From the human T2T-CHM13v2.0 reference genome, Homo sapiens, in the NCBI RefSeq assembly GCF_009914755.1, contig NC_060925.1: DNA of 64,000 nucleotides. The stretch is one strand, 5' to 3'. The translations under genes and the position numbers were made by a program. A model generated the notes under the pieces. It saw only the letters and a program-made list of their open reading frames with translations, had not been told where the DNA came from and searched no databases. How positions within the stretch are numbered: position 1 is the stretch's first letter; each line of letters opens with the position of its first letter. Positions 37,348-51,088 of this stretch are shown piece after piece.

Positions 37348-37860
37348 ATCAGTCAGGGCTCCGTGTGTGTAAGCAATAGAAATTGCCTCTGGCCAACTGC
37401 AGCAGAAAAGGAATCATCAGAAGGAAACTCTTGTATCTGAAGTTGGGCCAAAAGACTGGCTGGGAAAAGGTGGGAACCCAGCTAACTCTGGTTGGGAATA
37501 GGGTGGCGGGCAGGTGGGGGTGGGTGGGTGGTGTTTCTAGCAAGATCTGCTCAAGGCCCTCTGGGGACCCCACCAGGATGGGTGGCTCCAGCCAGCTTGA
37601 GAATTTTGCAAGACTGGAAATCCATGTACCCAGAGAGAGGGGACCTAACTGGTGGGGATTTGACCTTGTGGCGAGGCCTGGCCTGGCAGTGTGCAGGGCT
37701 CGTGGGGATTTGACCTTGTGGCGAGGCCTGGCCTGGCAGTGTGCAGGGCTCATGTTCAACAGTCCTGCCAAGACTGCAGTTTGGGGAGAGGATCACTCCT
37801 GGAAAGGAATTTTGGGGTGCTGGTGTCAGAAGAAGAGAGGCTGGGCACTTGGCTGCTACA
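37348..37860 (-). mobile_element. Very old MLT1-like LTR
   Basis: TCAGTCAGGG...AAGCAATAGAAA...AGCAGAAAAGGAAT start, typical of antisense MLT1L/M/N. Confidence 0.5.
37652..37751 (+). repeat. Perfect 50-bp tandem duplication
   Basis: GTGGGGATTTGACCTTGTGGCGAGGCCTGGCCTGGCAGTGTGCAGGGCTC twice. Confidence 0.97.
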
Positions 37861-39129
37861 AGTACCTCCTGTACCCTAAAAGAGCCACACATGTGAGCTG
37901 TGTTTTGGTCTTTTAAGATGCTAAGGATGGAGGATATCATCAAATGGAATGTTAAAGTACAGGACCGAGTTCCTCTGAGCCAGTGAACGGGCTGGGCTCA
38001 GAGTGCAGAGGGGTTCCCAGGTCTGGGGAAGTTTTGGACACAGTGATCCGGCTGGGCCTCTAGGGCTGGGTTGCCTGGAATAGGAGGGGCGTTTGGGGAA
38101 TGGAGCTCTGAGTCAGGCTCACTGCAGGGGCGAAGGCCTGGAGGCTGGGTTTGGTGGAGTTGAGGGGCAGAGTTGCTGACTCACTGCTAGGGAGTGGGGA
38201 GTGAGGCTGGAGCTGCAGGCTGAAGATGTCTTTGGACACCAGGCTGAGGAGTGTAGTCTTGGGAGGGTAATTGTGTCAGGAAGCAGAGCGGGAGGAGTGG
38301 TCCACTGCTTCATGACATCCCTCCTATGTGCCTGACACTATACTAATAGTGCTTTGTTGTAGCCTGTTTAACCTACTGATGCTGCTATTTCCCTTTTATA
38401 CAGATGAAGAGACGGGGGGTCAGAGAGGTTAAGTGACTTGGACAAAGTCACATAGTGAGTCAGTCGCAAAGAAGGTCCTGCTTCTTGCTACGTCGCCCAG
38501 GCCTGGCCAATATTCTCCACTGGTCTGTGTTGCAGAATCGCCAGCTGTGAAGTCAAGCAGCTGCTGATCTGTCCTGTTGAGCGCCTTGATTCTTTTCCTT
38601 CAGCCTTCCCTTCCCCAGTATCCCTAGAGCACATTGGGCATGGCTGTGGGCCGGCAGGGGTGGCAGAGTGTAGGGAGAGGGTCTGGGGAGACTTTCTCCT
38701 TGTCACTGCAGAGCTGTTTCTCTTCTCTCCATTTCCTCTGTAAAGAGCTGGTACAAAGCTAGCAAAATCAGAGTCAGCAGAAAAATCTAATTTTCACCTT
38801 AGACACGTTTGTAGCTGGTAGATAGTAACCCACCTTCTAGACTTTCCTTCCAGACAGGGCTGAGCTGAGTCCTGCCCTGGACATTGGGAGACCTGCTCTG
38901 TCACGAATTCCCTGCCTCTTGTTAGGCAAGACAGTTCTTCTCTGTAAGCCTCAGTTTGTCCACCAGTAAAAAGGGGGTGGTGGTGATCGTGGCAGGGTGT
39001 TACAAGCCCACATGCCTGCAGGGGCCCTCCAGGAGAGACAGAGGCATGAAATAAACCAGGCGCAGGGCAGAAGAGGGCATGGGAATACAAGGGGCCTGGT
39101 GGGCACGTGCTCAGCTCATAGAGTCAACC

Positions 39130-39345
39130 CCAGCTCGGGGCCAACCAGCTGTTGCTGTGTAGGGCTTCTTGGGCCACATCTTTGGATTATTTTCAAGAAA
39201 ATCCAGAAATCTGAACTATGCTCCAAAATAATTGAAATTTTAAATATTAGCAACTTATTTGAAATTTTTGAAAGATAGTATAGGCCAATAATAGTAGCTC
39301 CATGGCCTGAAACTGGCCTGTGGAGTCACCAGCTTGCAGTGTCTG
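39130..39345. mobile_element. MER102-like hAT MITE
   Basis: TTTTCAAGAAAATCCAGAAATCTG...TTTAAATATTAGCAAC...GGCCTGTGGAGTCACCAGCTTGCAG; a related fragment in the opposite orientation lies at ~15150-15290. Confidence 0.55.
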
Positions 39346-39970
39346 GATTATTTGGGTCTCCTCCAGCCAGATGAGCTATGGCTACATTTAATAGGCGTAT
39401 AAATAAAAATAAAATATTTGCCTTCTAGATATGTTGATTTGTATTTATTGATGAGGTCTGTGGTTTATAATTGGCATCTGAGCTCAGAGTTAATAATGGG
39501 GTAGAAGCCTCTTTGAGAAACTTTAATCAGAGATGTAGAATTGGTGTGCTTATACCTCTCTCTCCAGATTACTTCCTCCTCCTGACATCTATCTTTAATC
39601 CTTCCTGCTGCAGACTTAGCCTAGCCTAGTTTCTGTGGCAACAGAGTATGCTACCTTTTCTCTCCTCGTAGATTCAGAGAGAAGGAAGCAGGGAGGGTGG
39701 CCTTGAGATTTTCATAACTCAGACAGCAGTTCCAGGGACCTCTACTTTCTACACCTGCAAAATCAGGGGCAGGACAGGTTTATTTGAAGCCAGTGGGCAG
39801 CCCAAGAGCAAGATTTATTGTCTCTCATAAATTTTTAGAGACCTCTGGCTAAGAGCTACCGACTTTATCACATTAGCTGCTACCTTAGTCCCCAGTCTGG
39901 AGGGTGTTCGTGGATTAGTTTCTTTAGTATCCAGAGAGCAGTGAGTTTATAGGCCCTTTTAAGGGTGGGC

Positions 39971-40155
39971 TTGGGAAAGACCTATAGGAACCAAAGGCTT
40001 AAAAGAGGATCTAGGGGTCATACTGGCCAATGTGCTGGTCATTTCTACCATGCACAGTGCAGAGTTTGGGAAAGACCTCAGAGAGACAGTAGTGGCAGAA
40101 GAGGATCTAGAGGTCATAGTGGCCAATGAGCTGGTCATTCTCGCCATGCACAGTG
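39971..40155 (+). repeat. Diverged ~95-bp tandem duplication
   Basis: TTGGGAAAGACCT...AAGAGGATCTAG.GGTCATA.TGGCCAATG.GCTGGTCATT...CCATGCACAGTG at 39971 and 40066. Confidence 0.9.
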
Positions 40156-40454
40156 AAACCAAGATGGACTGTATAGTCAGGAAAGGGAAGTGGCTCCACT
40201 GAGATTGTGGTGCTGATAGCAGTTGTCAGTCCTGGGCTCTGACCAGGAAGAATAGGGGAAGTGGGTAGGATACAGACATTGGAGTCAAATGCCTGGGTTT
40301 GGATCCTGGCTTCACTGCTGTGAGGCTGGGGGCGCGGGTAATTTACTTAACATCTCTGAGCTTCTAAGAACTCATCTGTAATGGGAAGATGACAGCAGTT
40401 ACCGCCTCATAGGTTATCGTGAGGATTGAGATGATACTTGTAAAGCGTATAGAA

Positions 40455-40793
40455 CAGGGGCGGCAAACTTTTTCTGTAAAAGACCAGATTGTAAACATTT
40501 TGGGCTTTGTGGGCCATATGGTCTCTGTCGGACGCTGCAACTCAGCTGTTGTAACTTGAAAGCAGCCATAGATAGATAATATGTAAATGATGGGCGTGGC
40601 TGTGTTCCAATAAAACTTTATTTATAGACACTGAAATTTGAATTTCAGATACTTTTCATGTGTCACAAAATAGTCTTCTTCTGATTTTTTTTTTCAACAT
40701 TTAAAAATACAAAAACCATTCTTGGCTCTCGGGCCATATAAAAACAGGCAGTGAGCCGGATTTGGCCCGTGGGCCATAGTTTGCTGACTCCTA
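40455..40793 (+). mobile_element. MER58B (hAT-Charlie) inside a MIR
   Basis: TIRs CAGGGGCGGCAAACT / AGTTTGCTGACTCCTA; perfect 8-bp TSD GTATAGAA at 40447-40454 and 40794-40801. Confidence 0.93.
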
Positions 40794-43371
40794 GTATAGA
40801 ATAATGCCTATTATGTGTTTATTAAATGTCAGTCACTGATATTACCTTGATCTTTATCATTATTCTTTTTATCTCAGGAGGGCGGGTTGAAGACAGTCAG
40901 ATATTTGGCTCAGAAAGAGGTGACTTGGTTTGGGGGAAGGAGCATATAAACCGTTACTACCAGGAAGGGAAGATGGGATTTGTCCTGCACTGTCCCAGAG
41001 GTGTGTCCTCCAGGCCCGATTGGCAGAATTGACAGGGAGGTAGATTTTTGGCTTCGAGGCCCCTAGCAGCTAGAGGTACTGAAAGTTGCTATAGACTGCC
41101 TTGGGCATAGTTGAGTGCCTGTCACTGGGGGTGTCAAGCAGAGGACAGATACTCCTGACATGCTGCAGTGGAGGGGGCGTGCTCACCGGCTGGACAAATG
41201 GACACTGAGATGCTGGGGTCACCACCGTTTCTTGCAGCACCATCAAGGCTAATGGAAGAGGGGGTGTTTTCCTATTCTTCCACGGTCCTTTTCTTAATTC
41301 GTGAAGTATCTTGTCCTCTTCTGCCTTCTCAAATAATCCAGTGACATGCACAGGCCACATTCTCCCCATTTGAACAGGAGAGACAGAGACAGAAAGCAGG
41401 AGAACAGGGAGGTGGTGGGAGACAGGATGCAGCGCTAACCTTCGCTGTGGACCTTGTGCAGTGCATGCGCTTCGTGTATCCCCGTGAGGCTGAGCTCTGC
41501 TGGGTGTAGTCTTCCGTGTTCACCTAGTGTTTCTAGGGGAAAAGTCCTGAATCAACACATGAGAAGTTTGCATAATGCTCAGATTATTCCCTAATGTATT
41601 GATTGCATTGGAACAAATACGCATTTTAAAAATTAGTGTTATGGCAGCATGAACTGCACTTTGGATCGGGAGTTATGAGCGGTGGGAGGGTCTTTTCTAG
41701 ATAGGGACTTCCTTGTAAGGCTCACCTCACCCCAGAAGGTGGGCTGTTACTCGGCACTTCAGGGCCTGTGAAGGTTTCTGGGCTTTCGGTGAGGTTGATC
41801 CTCTCCTAAAGTCGGTTTCTCCCCCAGACCCCAGCAGCTTGTCTTTTGGGATCTCAAGGCACCATACTGGATCCTCTCATAACTTCTGATCCCACCCATT
41901 ATTTGGGGGAAAGCTGACACCAGGGATGTTGGGGCAGCTCCACAATTCTGACCACACAAACTCAGCAAAGATGTAGTTTATGCAGGATCATGCTGGACCG
42001 GAGAGAGGGAGCCCAATAGTGGTGGGAAGAGGTTGGGGGGCTCCCTTTTGAACGAGAGGGGAGCAGTGATGTTTAGCAGGAATTGGCCATGCATCCCTAG
42101 CTCCCAGCTCCCTGGAGCCTCTGCCATTTGACCAGTAAGTCCCACGTGCTCTGGAGCTACAGGGACCCAGAGGGATGTTTCTGGGGCCAGACCCAGGCAG
42201 TCTAAGAACCGCTTTCTTTTGCATCAAAGCCCACCATGGGGCCTCTGTGTGGGTAATGAGGTCTTGTGAGTACCTCTTCCTTAGAGCAAAGAGGAAAGGA
42301 AAAAAAAAAAGGATTGCCTGGAATTTATTAGTCTAATTACATTTTCCTAATGTGGTTGACCCTCGCTCACAGCAGCGAGCTTATCAAAGCAGCAATCATA
42401 CCAGCATTATTGGAGTTTTAATAAGAGTCAATTGGTTATTGTCCTCGCTGCGTCGGACACTGTCGACGTAATCCTCCGAAGCCCCTCGGGAAGATAGGGA
42501 GTTTGCTTTCTTTGCTGGAATATTATTTACGTTAATAACAAGGATTAGAGGCTTGTTCTATGTGTTTAGGAGAAGCAGAGCTTTTCTTTGTTCGAGTAGC
42601 TCCTGGCTGCCGGCTGTGTACCTACTGGTGGCCCCTCTGAAGTCTAGAGAGCACCAGGCTGAGAGTCTGGACCCTGGGGCCATAGCTCCAGCTCCTGGCT
42701 CACCGATCGCTGTGCCTTGCTCTGTGAGCTTAGCCAAGCTGTCTCACCTCTGTGGTCCCTCCTTTGTGAAATGAGAAGACACAAGTAATAACAATTAGCG
42801 AGAATGCAGGGGAAGCCTTTCCTAGCACGCAGCAAGCATTAACAAATGCAGGCTCTTCTAAAATAGCCAAATACAGTGGTAGGTGCCGGCTTAGCTCTAC
42901 CCTTATGCGTTTATTTATGATGCCATAGAGTGGAGCAGCTTTGTATCAGGATTGAGCATTTCCAGAGTGCCCGGTTCTGTCCTAGTTACTTGACACAAGC
43001 TGGGGAGCAATTTAGCCTGATGAAGAGGAGGCGGGGCTGCAAGGCTCACATTTCTGCTCTCCCCTTAGCTGTGTGACTTTGGGCGACATTCGTGACCTTT
43101 CTGTGCCCAAGCAAGGATAATCAAAGGGTCTCTCTCACAGGCCTAATGAGAGGATTAGGAGAGGCAATTCATGCAGAGTCCATAGAACAGCACTTGGCCC
43201 ATGCCGAACAGATGCTGGTTATTGTGAGATTAACAGGATTTCTGAGCTTCCGTCTTCTACTTTGCGAAGGGAGGGAGAAGAGGCTGTCTGTGCAGGGCCA
43301 CAGAGGGTGCACTAGAGTGACGTTTATGTAATGCCTGGCACAAGAGGGTAGCCAGAGGTGGTGGGGTGGGC

Positions 43372-44605
43372 ATACAGGTGGGTAGACTGAGGCCAGATGG
43401 TGCAGGGGTTGGCCTGAGTTCACCTTAGCAAATTAGATGCCCACCTGTGGACATTGCTGTCATGGCCTAGAGGTAGCGCCACCTTCCGTCTCACACTTGA
43501 GGACTGCAGAGTCGGAACTAAAGCCTGGGGTCCTCTGAGGCCAAAATCTGGGCTCGTTTAGCTCCAGCAGGGGCTTGGGGGGTACTTTCTGTGACCGAGG
43601 ACTCGGCAGCCTGACGAATAATCGCTTCCTGCCTTTCCCTCATTTTGCTAATGAGGAAAGCTCTTCCACCAGCTGAACAGCTAGGCGCCCTTGCCCATGC
43701 TGGGGGGTGGGGGCGGGGTGTAGGCTGCTGAGTCCCAGGGCCAGACCCAGCACCAGGCACATAGTAGGTGCTCCGTAAATATCAGCCCCACGTGGAGCTT
43801 ACAGTATGTCAGAATGGAATGGGGACAGGATACTGGGGGACTGGGGGTAGGGGGTGTTTAGGGAGCCTTGAAAATTCAACTCCTCAGGGGCCAGGGAAGG
43901 CCCACTGAGAAGGTGCCATCTGAGTAGAGAAATCCAAGGTTATGAAGGAGCAGGGTGTGCCACTGTCAGGGGGAAGGGTGTTCAGGCAGCAGGAAGAGCA
44001 GGTGCAAAGGTCCTGGGGTAGGCATGTGCCTGGAGTGTTTGAAGAGCAGAAGGGAGCCAGGGAGGCTGGAGTGCAGCGCGCAAGGGGGCCTTGTGGACAA
44101 GGCCACAGCCAACTCTGGGACCACAGCAGCTTGTCGGGCCAGGCTCTGAGCTGCGGTAGAGGTGTTGACAGAGGCACCTGACCCCTGGAGCCGCTGGAAG
44201 AGGGCTGAGGGCCGCCTCTTTTGAAGGTTTGACTCTAGCATCTTTGTCTACGTCTCCCAGGAGATGATGCTCCTCTCTCAGCTGGGTGGATGTACCTGCC
44301 ATGCCAGGCTCCCCTTTCATCTCTCCAGTCATCTTCATTTACCTGATTCCTAGACAGGAGGCGTGGGCTCTGGAATCTAGGTGAGGAGAGAGAGGCCTGG
44401 AGGTTCCTGGGAGGTGCTCCTTGCTCCTTCCCAAAAGTTCTAGGAGGACACCCCTGCTGGCTCAGCCTTCTGCAGCTGCCCTGTCTGTACTCTGAGAGGA
44501 CTCCTTACATCAGAGCAAAATTTAGCCTGATGCTCTCTAAATACAGGTGGGTAGGCTGAGGCCAGATGGTGCAGGGGTTGGCCTGAGTTCACCCAGCAAA
44601 TTAGA
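43372..44605 (+). repeat. Dispersed 65-66 bp direct repeat (43372-43437 and 44541-44605)
   Basis: ATACAGGTGGGTAG.CTGAGGCCAGATGGTGCAGGGGTTGGCCTGAGTTCACC..AGCAAATTAGA. Confidence 0.95.
43885..44240 (-). mobile_element. L2 fragment
   Basis: CAGGGAAGGCCCACTGAGAAGGTG...GCAAAGGTCCTGGGGTAGG..TGCCTGGAGTGTTTGAAG. Confidence 0.75.
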
Positions 44606-46189
44606 GACCGAGGGCTGATGTCAGCCAGTACGTTTGGAGCCCAGGGGTCCAGCTGGGCAGGGTCCCAGGAATAGCCTGCAGAGGCCACCCCATCCCTCCC
44701 CACTCAGCTGATTGACTCCTGGGGCCTGAGTCCTCACTGCCTGGAACTGGAGGAAGAGGAGGGTTGGCTCTTAGGATGGGAATGGCCAGGAAGCTTATTA
44801 ACCAAGCACCGGGCTGGGGAGGTGGAAGATTCCGGAGGGAAGTGAAGAGAGAGGTACCAGAGGCCAGGAGGTCCAGCCAGGGCTGTACTGTCAGCATTAG
44901 AAGCTCAGGCAGACCCAGAGGTGACATCACAAGGAAACCATCACAGGCCTGGACCAGGTATACCACCAAAAGGCTATCGTTTCCTGCCAAGGTCACCTGT
45001 GTCCCATGGTAGTTAAATCTAACAGCCACGTCAGTCCTCATCCTGATCTCAGCAGAGTTAAAGATATTCTTTCTTGAAACGCTCTTGAGCTTTTGGCTTG
45101 ACTCCACTCCAGGCACCTGCTTAACTTTGAGAATGTCCCTTCTGGGGCTCCTTGAGGCCTCTCCTCTCCTCCCCCATCCTCCTTCCCTCCTAACATTCAT
45201 GTGCCCTAGGTGCTCTCAGTCTAGTAGAGTAGACAGACCAAGGCTAATGAACCTAGCGTGAGGCAGGGGCTTCTTAGAGCTAGGACAGAAGATTCCCGGG
45301 ACAGTATAAGGAAGCATCTATTCTACCTGGAAGAGTCAGGGAGGGCTTCCTGGAGGAGGCCTCAGACCAGATCTGTCACTGTTTGTGCTATCCAGATGCT
45401 GAGGTTCAGGGAAGTGAAGTCTCTCACCCAGGTCACATAGCCTGTAAATGATGGGGACAGGATTTGTCCCCCTTAGCCTTGCCTCCCCAACCAAAACTTG
45501 TGACCTGCCTCTGAGGGCCACAGGGAGCCATGGGAAGCTTTAGAGCAGTGGTCAGAAAGCAGCTCAGGATGAAGACAGCACGAAGGTCCTAGGCAGGATG
45601 GGACTTGCCCAAGGAGCCTTCACCCTGCCCCTTCCACCAGGCTTTGGTGACAGCTGTCCTCTCTGAGAGGACCTAGAAGACAGTCAGATCATGGGTTCAA
45701 ACCAGATCCTGTGTACAGCCACTCCAGGGTCAATGAGTTTGGTTGCTCGGTGCCTGGAGCTGATGGTGAGGACTGCTGGGTTGGTCCTGAACTTGCCTTC
45801 CTCCTGTTTTGGCCCTCCCGCTGTGCCCCTGGTGTACAGCTAGTTCCAGGAGTTGCGGGGTGAGGCTCACTCGCTTCGGCTCCTCTGCAGTCTCCCAGGA
45901 GCTTGGACGGCTGCTTCCTTGCAGACCCCCTCTCTGTGGAGCTGAGTCTGCTTCTGTTCCACTCTGCCGTCGTCCCTTCTTCCTGCCATATGTTCCTAAT
46001 GGCCTCATTTTTCCTCCCAGGCAGAGTCAGTGGCCATCTGCAAACTTGGCAGTGTCACATACGTTCCTGTACCCAGCTTGCTCAGAAGGGTTTTAAATAA
46101 GGCCGATTCTAGCACCGGTCCCTAGGGTTACCTCCTGTTTTATGCATTCCTTCCAGAGGACCTTATTTGATCCTATTGTTTGTTTCCTC

Positions 46190-46503
46190 TTTCCTTTTTC
46201 TTTGGACAGGGTCTCGCTCTAGCTCCCAGGCAGGAGTGCAGTGGTAAGATCATGGCTTACTGCAGCCTCGACCTCCTGGGCTCAAGCAATCCTCCCACCT
46301 CTGCCTCCTGAGTAGCTGGGACTATAGGCATCCACCACCGTTCCTGGCTAATGATTTTTTTTTTTTTTTTTTTTTTTTTTAGAGATGGGGGTCTTGCCAT
46401 GTTGCCCAGGCTGGTCTTGAATCCTGGGCCTGGGCCCAAGTGATCCTCCTGCCTTAGCCTCCCAAAGTGCTGAGATTACAGGTGTGAGCCGCAGAACCTG
46501 GCT
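46190..46503 (-). mobile_element. AluJ
   Basis: Antisense dimer with an expanded T linker. Confidence 0.92.
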
Positions 46504-46655
46504 ATTTCCTTTTTCTAAGCCAATAACCTACCTGTGGCAGAACAAGCGCCTCTCTTTGAAAAATGCCAATCATGTGTCTATTGTCCTGGGTCAGAACTTT
46601 CAGAAAGTCCAAGGTCCCACATCCTGATTCTCCAGGAACATTTTAGCCTCCCCGG

Positions 46656-46670
46656 AGCGCCACCTGGTTG
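46656..46670 (-). promoter_or_regulatory. Candidate CTCF motif
   Basis: Reverse strand CAACCAGGTGGCGCT, one mismatch to CCACCAGGTGGCGCT. Confidence 0.5.
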
Positions 46671-47073
46671 TTTACATCGTAGAAATGCTACTTCCTCTAC
46701 CAGCAACTTCTCCTGGCCAGCAGTTCTTGGGTGGCACAGCGCCCCTGAAATCCTTCATCCCTCAGCCCCAGGCTCATGCTGTTCCCACTTGGAAGCGTGT
46801 CCCCATTCTCTCGCACATTCCACCAGATAAACACGTGCCTGGTGGTGGAAGGTGTCTGAGATCCTTGGCCGGTGATAGCAGGTGTGAGACGGGGTGCTCA
46901 TCTCCTGTGCCAACTCTGATAGATTGGCCGTTGCTTACCAGAGTATGGTGTGGAGCCATTCCAGGCTGTGCTTGGGCTCGTGGGAAAGAATCCATCTGCT
47001 GATTGATTCGTGATGTCTGCCACCTCTGTGATGGAAAAGATTGGTGGTATGTGTGCTAGAAAGTGCCATCTGA

Positions 47074-47373
<300 letters not shown>

Positions 47374-48867
47374 CGCCGCCTTTTTCTCTTGGGTTCCTTG
47401 TCATGCCATGTACTGTGGAAGGTGACATTGCTGGATGGTGGCACATGTTGGCTGCTTTGAGGGCTGAATGGGAGACAAGCTCTGCTCGTCTTAACCAGTT
47501 TGGGGAACAGTTGGGAATTGCTCTGTGCTTAGCAGCAAAAAGCTGTGGGTTGGCCCCTGCATTGGGGTAGGCTGGGGCAGCTTTGGTAAACAGAAAGGGT
47601 TTATCCAGGCATGGGGCTTTGGGATCCCTCCAGCCTTGGTGCAGGGCCTGCTCTTTTCCTGGTGGCATCTCACTGGCCCCGAGGGGCTGTAAGGCTGAAG
47701 CATTTCCTAAGCTGTAGGCCAGGGTGTCTTTCAGGATCCTGGGTGGGGGAGGGTATGAAGGGGCCCAAGCTAAGCTGCTCCCACTGAGACCCTGAATCAT
47801 CATTTCATTCCCTTCTGTCTCAAGACTAGAACTGATGTCTAGTTGGCTGAAAGCATGTTGTCGGGTGTGGCTCCTGATTCAGAGAAGGGCCACTTTTGGT
47901 GAAGCAAAAATCCCAAGGACCCTGGGATCCCAAGAAGCAGTAGTAAAAGAAAGAATAGTATTCTCGGGGATGAATCTGCATTCTAGTCGCACAGCTGTAC
48001 CTTGGATTTGCTGTGTGGCTTTAGGGAAGTTAATTCCCTACTCCGGGCCTATCTTTCTTCTCCGTACAAGGAAGAGGACTGACTAGAGATCTAAGGGCCC
48101 TTTTTGCCCTAACTGATGAGATGGGCTGTCTTGGGCACAATGTGTCTGATTAGCTTTCGGTGGGGCTTGTTTGAGAATCTGAGCTCAGGGATGATGAGTC
48201 CTGGAGGCTGCTCTCCCAGACATGGATTTGGTGCTCGTGTGTTGGGCGATGAGTTGAAGAAGAGATGCTGGAGTTGAGTGGCCAGTGTGGGAATGATAGA
48301 GGGGCTGATGACACAGGCCCGACCCGGGTCATGAGAAGCCAGGCCCTGCCTGCCTCTCCCCAGGACTGTTTTTGCCTAGAGGTGGGATAGGCACCCATTC
48401 TAGAAATGTCCCCGTCCCTGGCCTCCCCACTTACCTTGTACTCTTTCTCTGCCTCTCCAGCCCTGTTCCTCCTATACATACCCGAGATTCCAGATGTGCT
48501 AAACGACTCACAGGCTCACAGCTCAGTGTTTGATTTCTCCCCTGGGCATTTGTACCCATGGACCCTCTCCCTCCTGGACCCCTCTGCCTCCTGGACCCCT
48601 CTCCCTCTCACAACCCCTTCTCACCTCCTTCAACATTCAGCTGGGGCAAGCCACCACAGAAGCCTTCTCTGACCTTCGCCTTGTACCTTGCATCTGGCTT
48701 GAGTCAGAGGCCATCCAAGACTGCCTCCCTCCCCATTAAATTCCTTTGCCACCCTGTCCGGGTTTGATTGCTGCTTCCCCACATTATAGCTGTGTGAATT
48801 TGGGAAAATCCTTTTATCTTTCTGCCTAGATCCCTCATCATCAGATCTGCAAAAGGAGACAGTACTT

Positions 48868-49268
48868 GTGTTAGTCAGGATAGGCCAGGCTGTGTTGCAC
48901 TAATAAATATGTCCTGAAATCTTGGTGGCTTAAAATACCCAAGTCTGGTTCTTCCCCCTGCAAAGCGCTAAGATGAGCTGGGTGCCTCTCTGGAGTGGCT
49001 CTCTTCCATGCAGTAACTCAGAGATCCAGGGTTGCTTTCATCTATGGCTCCACCCTCTCAACATGGGGCCTCCGTGTTTACCGCTAAAGGGGACAGACCA
49101 CAAGCACACAGACGTCCCGCTGCTTTTTAACAGTCTTAGCATGGAGGTGATCACTTCTGCTCATAACTTTATAGGCTAAAATGTCTCATGGCCCTACCTG
49201 GAGTGGGTCTTCCATGTTCCTGGGGAGGGAGACCTGGCTAGGGGTAAGCACTAAGGAATCTACTACAG
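48868..49268 (-). mobile_element. MLT1J-like LTR
   Basis: TGTGTTAGTCAGGATAGGCCAGGCTGTGTTGCACTAATAAA..GAAATCTTGGTGGCTTAA. Confidence 0.75.
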
Positions 49269-49299
49269 TCCATGAATCCATAAAGCTTAAGAACCTTTT

Positions 49300-49608
49300 G
49301 GCTGGGTGCAGTGGCTCATACATGTAATCCCAGAGTTTTGGGAGGCTGAGGCGGGAGGATTGCTTGAGTCCAGGAGTTTGAGACCAGCCTGGGCAACATA
49401 GGGAGACCCTTTCTCTACAAAAAATAACCAAATTAACTGGTTGTAGTGGTGTGCACCTGCAGTCCCAGCCTCTTGGGAGGCTGAGGTGGGAGGATTGCTT
49501 TGAGCCTAGGAGGTCGAAGCTGCAGTGAGCTGTGATTGCGCCACTGCACTCCAGCCTGGGCGACAGAGTTGAGACCCTGTCTTGAAAAAAAGCCCCAAAA
49601 ACAAAAAA
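49300..49608 (+). mobile_element. AluJ
   Basis: GGAGGATTGCTTGAG in both arms; A-rich tail. Confidence 0.93.
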
Positions 49609-50298
49609 CCCTCTGGTTTAGTGACCGGCTTGTAGCAAAGAAGTGGCATTAGCCTGGGAAGACCTTAGGATGCTCTTGTCTAAAGACCAGGTGGGAGAAC
49701 TGAGGCTCAGAGAGGGCTGGGGCCTTGCCTGAGATGGCATGTGGAGTCTGCGGAGGGGCTGTAGATCCTAGTTCTCCCACAGTCCAGGCCATATTCTTCC
49801 TTCCTTGTTCTGCTCACTGTAGCCTGGCCTCCTGCTGTGGGATGCAGGCAGGGATGGGGGCGTCATCTCTGGGGCTCTTGTGAAATTATTTTAAGACCAT
49901 GGAAAACAAATTAGAATTTCAAACCATCCAGCCCTCTTGAAAGCAGACTGGGGGTGTGTTCGAAGTAATGTAATTTTTGCTTTGTTTTATTAATAGGATG
50001 TGGGAGGTGAGGGGAGGGTGTGAGCCGATGGTGACTGAGGATGCTGGCTTCAGTGCCTTGGTTGACAGTGCCAGTCCTGAATCGGGAACATTGGAGGAAG
50101 AGCAGGGGTGGGAGTGTGTTTTGGGGGTGGGGGTGGGGAGGATAAACCCAATTTGGGACACACTGAGGCTGAAGGGCCTTGAGATAGTTCCGGGTAGTGG
50201 CCAGGGAGCCCTGGCCTGGACATTCAGATTTGGCAACTGCTGGTCTGTATCCGGGAGGTTCTAAACTGGAGTCTGTGGTCTCTCTGGGACTGGGGGGC

Positions 50299-51088
<790 letters not shown>

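Noticed and set aside
43464-43481. CTCF-like GGCCTAGAGGTAGCGCC
   Set aside because: About four mismatches to the core consensus.
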